Below, piece after piece: positions 60,309 through 64,000 of a DNA stretch of 64,000 nucleotides. Where the stretch lies: NCBI GenBank assembly GCA_017411715.1, contig JAFQPO010000008.1, positions 2,013 through 66,012 of the forward strand, in the 5' to 3' direction. Position 1 is the first letter of the stretch; every line of letters starts with the position of its first letter. The translations under genes were made by a program, and so were the position numbers. This DNA comes from Bacilli bacterium (lineage in GTDB: Bacteria > Bacillota_I > Bacilli_A > ML615J-28 > CAG-313). The notes beneath the pieces are model-generated. The model saw only the letters and a program-made list of their open reading frames with translations. It ran no database searches and had not been told where the DNA came from.

Positions 60309-61766
60309 TTATAAACTTTCACCAAAGTCTTCTTTAAATTTAGCTACTAATTTTTCTTGCCAATTGCTTGTTGGTTCTAAACGACCAATGAAGAAACGCA
60401 TTACATCTGGTTCTTCAACGAATCTTAAACCACCAATTAATTCTCGATTATCATATAGCCATGCAAGACGGTCAGCAATATATCTAATTTGTGAAAGAGT
60501 GAATACTCTTCTAGGAAGTGCTAAACGCACTAATTCACAAGAAGCAATATGTTCAGATCCATCAGGATTTCTTTCTTCACTTAAAGTACCACGTTCCATA
60601 CCTCTAGCACCACTAACAATATAGATAGCAGCAACTAAAGCAGCAGATTGATATTCTTCTTCTTTAATATGACCAACAAATTCTCTAGCATTAATATGTA
60701 ATCCTAATCCTCCTGGTGGAGTAACAATAGGTATATTATACGAAGTTAAAAGTCTAGCAAATTCAGCAATGAATTCTGGGCCATGACTAATCATATCCAT
60801 ATCAGTTGCTTCTTCTAATCCAATAGCAGTTGCTTCCATTTCACGAGTTGACATACCACCATAAGTTAAGAATCCTTCATAAATAGGAACTAAAACTTTC
60901 ATCTTATCATATAATGCAACATCATCAACTACAATTCCGCCACCTTTAGCACTACCTAATTTTCTAGCAGAGAAGTAAATGATATCTGCACATTTACTAA
61001 TTTCTAAAGCTATTTCAGCAATACTCATATCTTGACAAAGTGGTTCACGCACTTTATTAAAATATAAGTTATCTGTTATAAGTGATGCATCAATCATCAA
61101 TAATATATTATGTTCTTTACAAATTTTTGATACATCTTTTACATTTTGTAAACTAACGGGTTGTCCACCAATAAGGTTAGTCCCCATTTCTATTCTTACA
61201 AAAGGAATGTGTTCTACGCCTACTTCTTTAATAGTTTGTTGTAATTTATTTAAATCGATATCGCCTTTAAATGGGTTATTACTAACTAACTCAATTGCTT
61301 CATCTTTAAATATTTCAACAACACTACCACCACATAATGAAATATGAGTTTTAGTAGTTGTAAAGTGATAGTTCATTGGTACTACATCACCAGGAGATAC
61401 TAAAGTTTTAGCTAAGATATGTTCACAAGCACGACCTTGATGAGCAGGAATAAAATATTTTTTACCAAAGAATTTTTGAACTTTTTCCTCTAAACGATAG
61501 AAAGTTGCGCTTCCTGCATAAGAGTCATCAGCAATCATCATCGCACCTAATTGACGATCACTCATTGCGTTTGTCCCACTATCAGTTAACATATCTAAAT
61601 ATACATCACTATTTCTTAGTAAAAATGTATTATTTCCAGCTTCACTAATAGCTTTTAATCTTTGATCAATTGGCAATAAATTTAGTTTTTGAACTATTCT
61701 TACCTTATGCATTTCTAAAGGTAAATTTGATTCTTTATAAAATTTAATATTTGACATTTCTAACAC
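60309..61766 (-). CDS. tnaA: Tryptophanase / tyrosine phenol-lyase family (beta-eliminating lyase, PLP-dependent)
   Basis: 485 aa with the conserved PLP-lysine region (SARKLGSAKGG) and family-wide similarity. The sequence alone does not discriminate tryptophanase from tyrosine phenol-lyase. Confidence 0.8.
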   Translation of the reverse strand: MLEMSNIKFYKESNLPLEMHKVRIVQKLNLLPIDQRLKAISEAGNNTFLLRNSDVYLDMLTDSGTNAMSDRQLGAMMIADDSYAGSATFYRLEEKVQKFFGKKYFIPAHQGRACEHILAKTLVSPGDVVPMNYHFTTTKTHISLCGGSVVEIFKDEAIELVSNNPFKGDIDLNKLQQTIKEVGVEHIPFVRIEMGTNLIGGQPVSLQNVKDVSKICKEHNILLMIDASLITDNLYFNKVREPLCQDMSIAEIALEISKCADIIYFSARKLGSAKGGGIVVDDVALYDKMKVLVPIYEGFLTYGGMSTREMEATAIGLEEATDMDMISHGPEFIAEFARLLTSYNIPIVTPPGGLGLHINAREFVGHIKEEEYQSAALVAAIYIVSGARGMERGTLSEERNPDGSEHIASCELVRLALPRRVFTLSQIRYIADRLAWLYDNRELIGGLRFVEEPDVMRFFIGRLEPTSNWQEKLVAKFKEDFGESL

Positions 61767-61778
61767 ACCCTTTTATTA

Positions 61779-62069
61779 TTAAAATTCATAATCAACCGCA
61801 ACACTAGTTAAACGTACACTATACATATATGGTTTAACAACATTTACATGATATTCATCTTTTTGATAAGCATCAAGTTCTTCTTTTGTCTTAACAACTA
61901 CTTCTAAGATTACATCATAACTACGTTCAGAATGTAAAAAATCAATTCCTACATTAATTGAAACAAGTTGTGGAACTCTACCTTCCATATTCATTAAAAC
62001 TTCTTTTGCCTTTAAGCAAGCTTCATAACTATTATCTTTTAATTTGAAACAAACAATATGTTTAACCAT
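61779..62069 (-). CDS. Dabb-family stress-responsive dimeric alpha/beta-barrel protein
   Basis: 96 aa starting MVKHIVCFKLKD, typical of the Dabb fold. Confidence 0.7.
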   Translation of the reverse strand: MVKHIVCFKLKDNSYEACLKAKEVLMNMEGRVPQLVSINVGIDFLHSERSYDVILEVVVKTKEELDAYQKDEYHVNVVKPYMYSVRLTSVAVDYEF

Positions 62070-62102
62070 AATATCTCCTAACTAGTATTTACCACAAATA
62101 TT

Positions 62103-62131
62103 ATTTTATATAATATATCACAAATAGACAA
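62103..62131 (-). promoter_or_regulatory. Sigma-A-type promoter (TTGTCT-17-TAAAAT) upstream of Dabb-tnaA-fhs
   Basis: Minus strand: TTGTCT, 17-nt spacer, TAAAAT, about 30 nt upstream of RBS AGGAG. Confidence 0.4.
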
Positions 62132-62156
62132 TATTTTCAACTATATGACAATTAGT

Positions 62157-63299
62157 TTAATAACCAAAGATATCTTTTGCTTTTTTCATATTTTCAATTA
62201 TTTTAACTGAGAATGGGCATCTCTTTTCACAAGCACCACATTCAATACAATCAGATGCATGATACTTTAATGCTTTATAGTGTTCACGTACTGTTTCTGG
62301 CACTTCATTTTGAGCAATACATAAGTTTAAAAATTTTGTTACACTCGCAATATCAATTTTCCTAGCACATGGAGCACAATGTCCACAATACATACAACTA
62401 CCTTCCCAACTAATTTTAGGAAGTTTCGCTAAAACTTTGGCGTAATCTTTTTCACTATCACTACTATTGCAATAATAAAGTGACTTTTCTAAATCATCTT
62501 TTGAACGAACGCCTGAGAAAACTGTAACAACGGCAGGTCTTGTTAATGCATAGTGAATACATTCAGTTGGTGTTAAAGGAAGTTTCGCAGGACTATTCTC
62601 ACTTAATAATTCTCCACCACCAAAGGCTTTCATAACAGTAATTGCTACTCCTTCTCGTTGACATGCTTCATAAAGTTGTACTCTTAATGGATCAAAATTT
62701 AAAAATTCTTTTTCATAACTACTTGCGTCAAATAAAGCTTCACAATCATCATCACCAGGTAATAAATCATAACATGGATTAACACTGAACATTAATACTT
62801 CAATGCCATGTTTAATAACTTCTAAAGCGACAATCGGATTATGACTAGATAACCCAATTAGTTTTATTTTTTCTTGCTCTTTTAAACTTTTAGCATAATC
62901 TAAAATTCCATTATCGATAACTTGTTGCCAAGTTTCAAGTGAATCAACATAGTGAATCATTCCAATATCTAAATAATCAGTATCTAAATTTCTTAGTTGA
63001 GTTTCAAAAGAATTAATTACTTCATTTAAGTTACGCGTAGCACTATATTGACCATCTGCCCATTTAGTACAAATGTGACCTTGTAAAATAAATTCATTTC
63101 GGTATTCTTTAATTACTTGACCAACTCTTTTGTGTAAGTCTGGATCAGGACTATATAAATCCATACAATTAACACCATAACTTCTAGCAAAATCAAACAT
63201 TTCTTTAGTATATTCCAAACTTTTATTTAAAAACCCTTCACAGCCAAATCCTATAACACTAACTTCAATATTTGATTTACCTAATTTTCGATATTCCAT
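62157..63299 (-). CDS. Aldo/keto reductase with C-terminal 4Fe-4S ferredoxin-like domain
   Basis: 380 aa: an N-terminal AKR TIM-barrel (MEYRKLGKSNIEVSVIGFGC) and a C-terminus with two Cys clusters (CMYCGHCAPC and CIECGACEKRCP). Confidence 0.85.
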   Translation of the reverse strand: MEYRKLGKSNIEVSVIGFGCEGFLNKSLEYTKEMFDFARSYGVNCMDLYSPDPDLHKRVGQVIKEYRNEFILQGHICTKWADGQYSATRNLNEVINSFETQLRNLDTDYLDIGMIHYVDSLETWQQVIDNGILDYAKSLKEQEKIKLIGLSSHNPIVALEVIKHGIEVLMFSVNPCYDLLPGDDDCEALFDASSYEKEFLNFDPLRVQLYEACQREGVAITVMKAFGGGELLSENSPAKLPLTPTECIHYALTRPAVVTVFSGVRSKDDLEKSLYYCNSSDSEKDYAKVLAKLPKISWEGSCMYCGHCAPCARKIDIASVTKFLNLCIAQNEVPETVREHYKALKYHASDCIECGACEKRCPFSVKIIENMKKAKDIFGY

Positions 63300-63310
63300 A
63301 AGAACTCCTT

Positions 63311-64000
63311 CTATTTTCTATTTAATAATAATTTGATAATTTTGCATTGTAATCTTTTTGGTAAAACATTTAAAAGTATAAGTCCTAAATTATGATGTTT
63401 TTTATAAACTAATTTAGGTCTTTTTTTAGTTGTTGCAAAAAAGATGATTTTTGCTATTTTTTCAGGTTTAATTGGACGCCCCATAAACTTAAGCATAATA
63501 TTAGAAAAATGTTTTGCTTGCTTTTGATATAGTTTTGTAGTTTTAGCAAGTTCATTTGTCGCATCAACTGATGAATAACAAAGCGGGGTTGCTATTGCGC
63601 CTGGTTTAATGGTAATTACTTTTTGATTAATTAGATTTAGTTCCTGACGAAGAGCTTGTGCATAAGAATCAAGAGCTGTCTTTGAAACATTATATAGACC
63701 ATTAAAAGGCATTGGATCAAGACCTGCTACTTCACTTGAAACAATTATAATTCTTCCTTCTGCTTTTAATAATGAATGAAATGTGTTATTAATAAGCATT
63801 GTACCACATAAATTAATATCAATTAATCTCTTCATTTTTACATGATCATTTTCAACCAAAGATGTCATCATATGAATCCCCGCAATATTGATTATTGCGT
63901 CTAACTTAATTTGTTTATTTTCTAATTCACTCTTGATTTTTAAAAGTTCTGTTTGATTAGTGATATCACATTGATATGTATTAAGATTATCACTTTCATT
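63311..64000 (-). CDS. Short-chain dehydrogenase/reductase (SDR), C-terminal part. N-terminus lies beyond window end
   Basis: Catalytic motif YNVSKTAL and the N(A/I)G motif (NIAGIH). The reading frame stays open from 63872 to 64000, so the gene continues past the window. The supplied ORF start at 63871 is an internal Met. Confidence 0.75.
   Translation of the reverse strand, partial: NESDNLNTYQCDITNQTELLKIKSELENKQIKLDAIINIAGIHMMTSLVENDHVKMKRLIDINLCGTMLINNTFHSLLKAEGRIIIVSSEVAGLDPMPFNGLYNVSKTALDSYAQALRQELNLINQKVITIKPGAIATPLCYSSVDATNELAKTTKLYQKQAKHFSNIMLKFMGRPIKPEKIAKIIFFATTKKRPKLVYKKHHNLGLILLNVLPKRLQCKIIKLLLNRK

Noticed and set aside
63311-63871. Supplied ORF start (MMTSL...) for the SDR gene
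   Set aside because: The minus-strand frame stays open through 63872-64000 and encodes typical SDR sequence (…AIINIAGIHMM…). The gene is therefore truncated by the window edge, and the annotated Met is internal.

Overview
The window is low-GC (~30%) chromosomal DNA from a spore-forming Firmicute (Bacillota). Gene content and synteny resemble a Bacillus/Clostridium core genome, but several blocks are deleted, rearranged or fused. The short DnaE (1016 aa), the missing ftsA next to ftsZ and the missing fapR-fab-acp block suggest an Erysipelotrichia- or Clostridia-like lineage, but I cannot name the organism. Nearly every gene lies on the minus strand, packed into long operons separated by recognisable intrinsic terminators. 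From low to high coordinate the genes are: rnc (N-terminal fragment), recG, fakA, rpmB (plus strand), rpe, rsgA, rlmN, rsmB, a hypothetical, lgt (plus strand), eno, gpmI, an ECF S-component-like membrane protein, sigG, sigE, spoIIGA, ftsZ, cotJC, cotJB (with a CotJA-like N-terminal part), murB, murG, spoVE/ftsW, a beta-lactamase-family serine hydrolase, a membrane protein, a lipoprotein, tgt, cls, pgi, pgcA, a ROK glucokinase, dnaE, a HemW-like radical SAM protein, two large secreted C-terminally anchored proteins, a YtxK-like methyltransferase, a YtfP-like flavoprotein, ytfJ/gerW, a ytfI-like gene, a YidD-domain fusion protein (plus strand), an ABC exporter, degV, a PadR-associated membrane protein, padR, a second degV, plsX (plus strand), a GMP synthase consisting only of the ATP-pyrophosphatase part, a BMP-family nucleoside ABC transporter (two permeases, one double ATPase, one lipoprotein), xpt behind a guanine riboswitch, a Na+-translocating decarboxylase beta subunit with a small untracked OadG-like ORF, pcp, fhs, tnaA, a Dabb protein, an Fe-S aldo/keto reductase, and a partial SDR. 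I found no rRNA, tRNA, CRISPR array or mobile element. The most noteworthy items are the guanine-riboswitch-controlled xpt–nucleoside transporter–guaA(B-part) operon, the stand-alone GMP synthase without a glutaminase domain, the YidD–unknown-domain fusion, the paralogous pair of anchored surface proteins, the orphan OadB plus mini-OadG, and the apparent loss of the fapR-plsX-fabD-fabG-acpP block from the recG–rnc junction. These are lineage-specific variations on core genes rather than an obviously new multi-gene system. No defence- or toxin-like cassette is evident.
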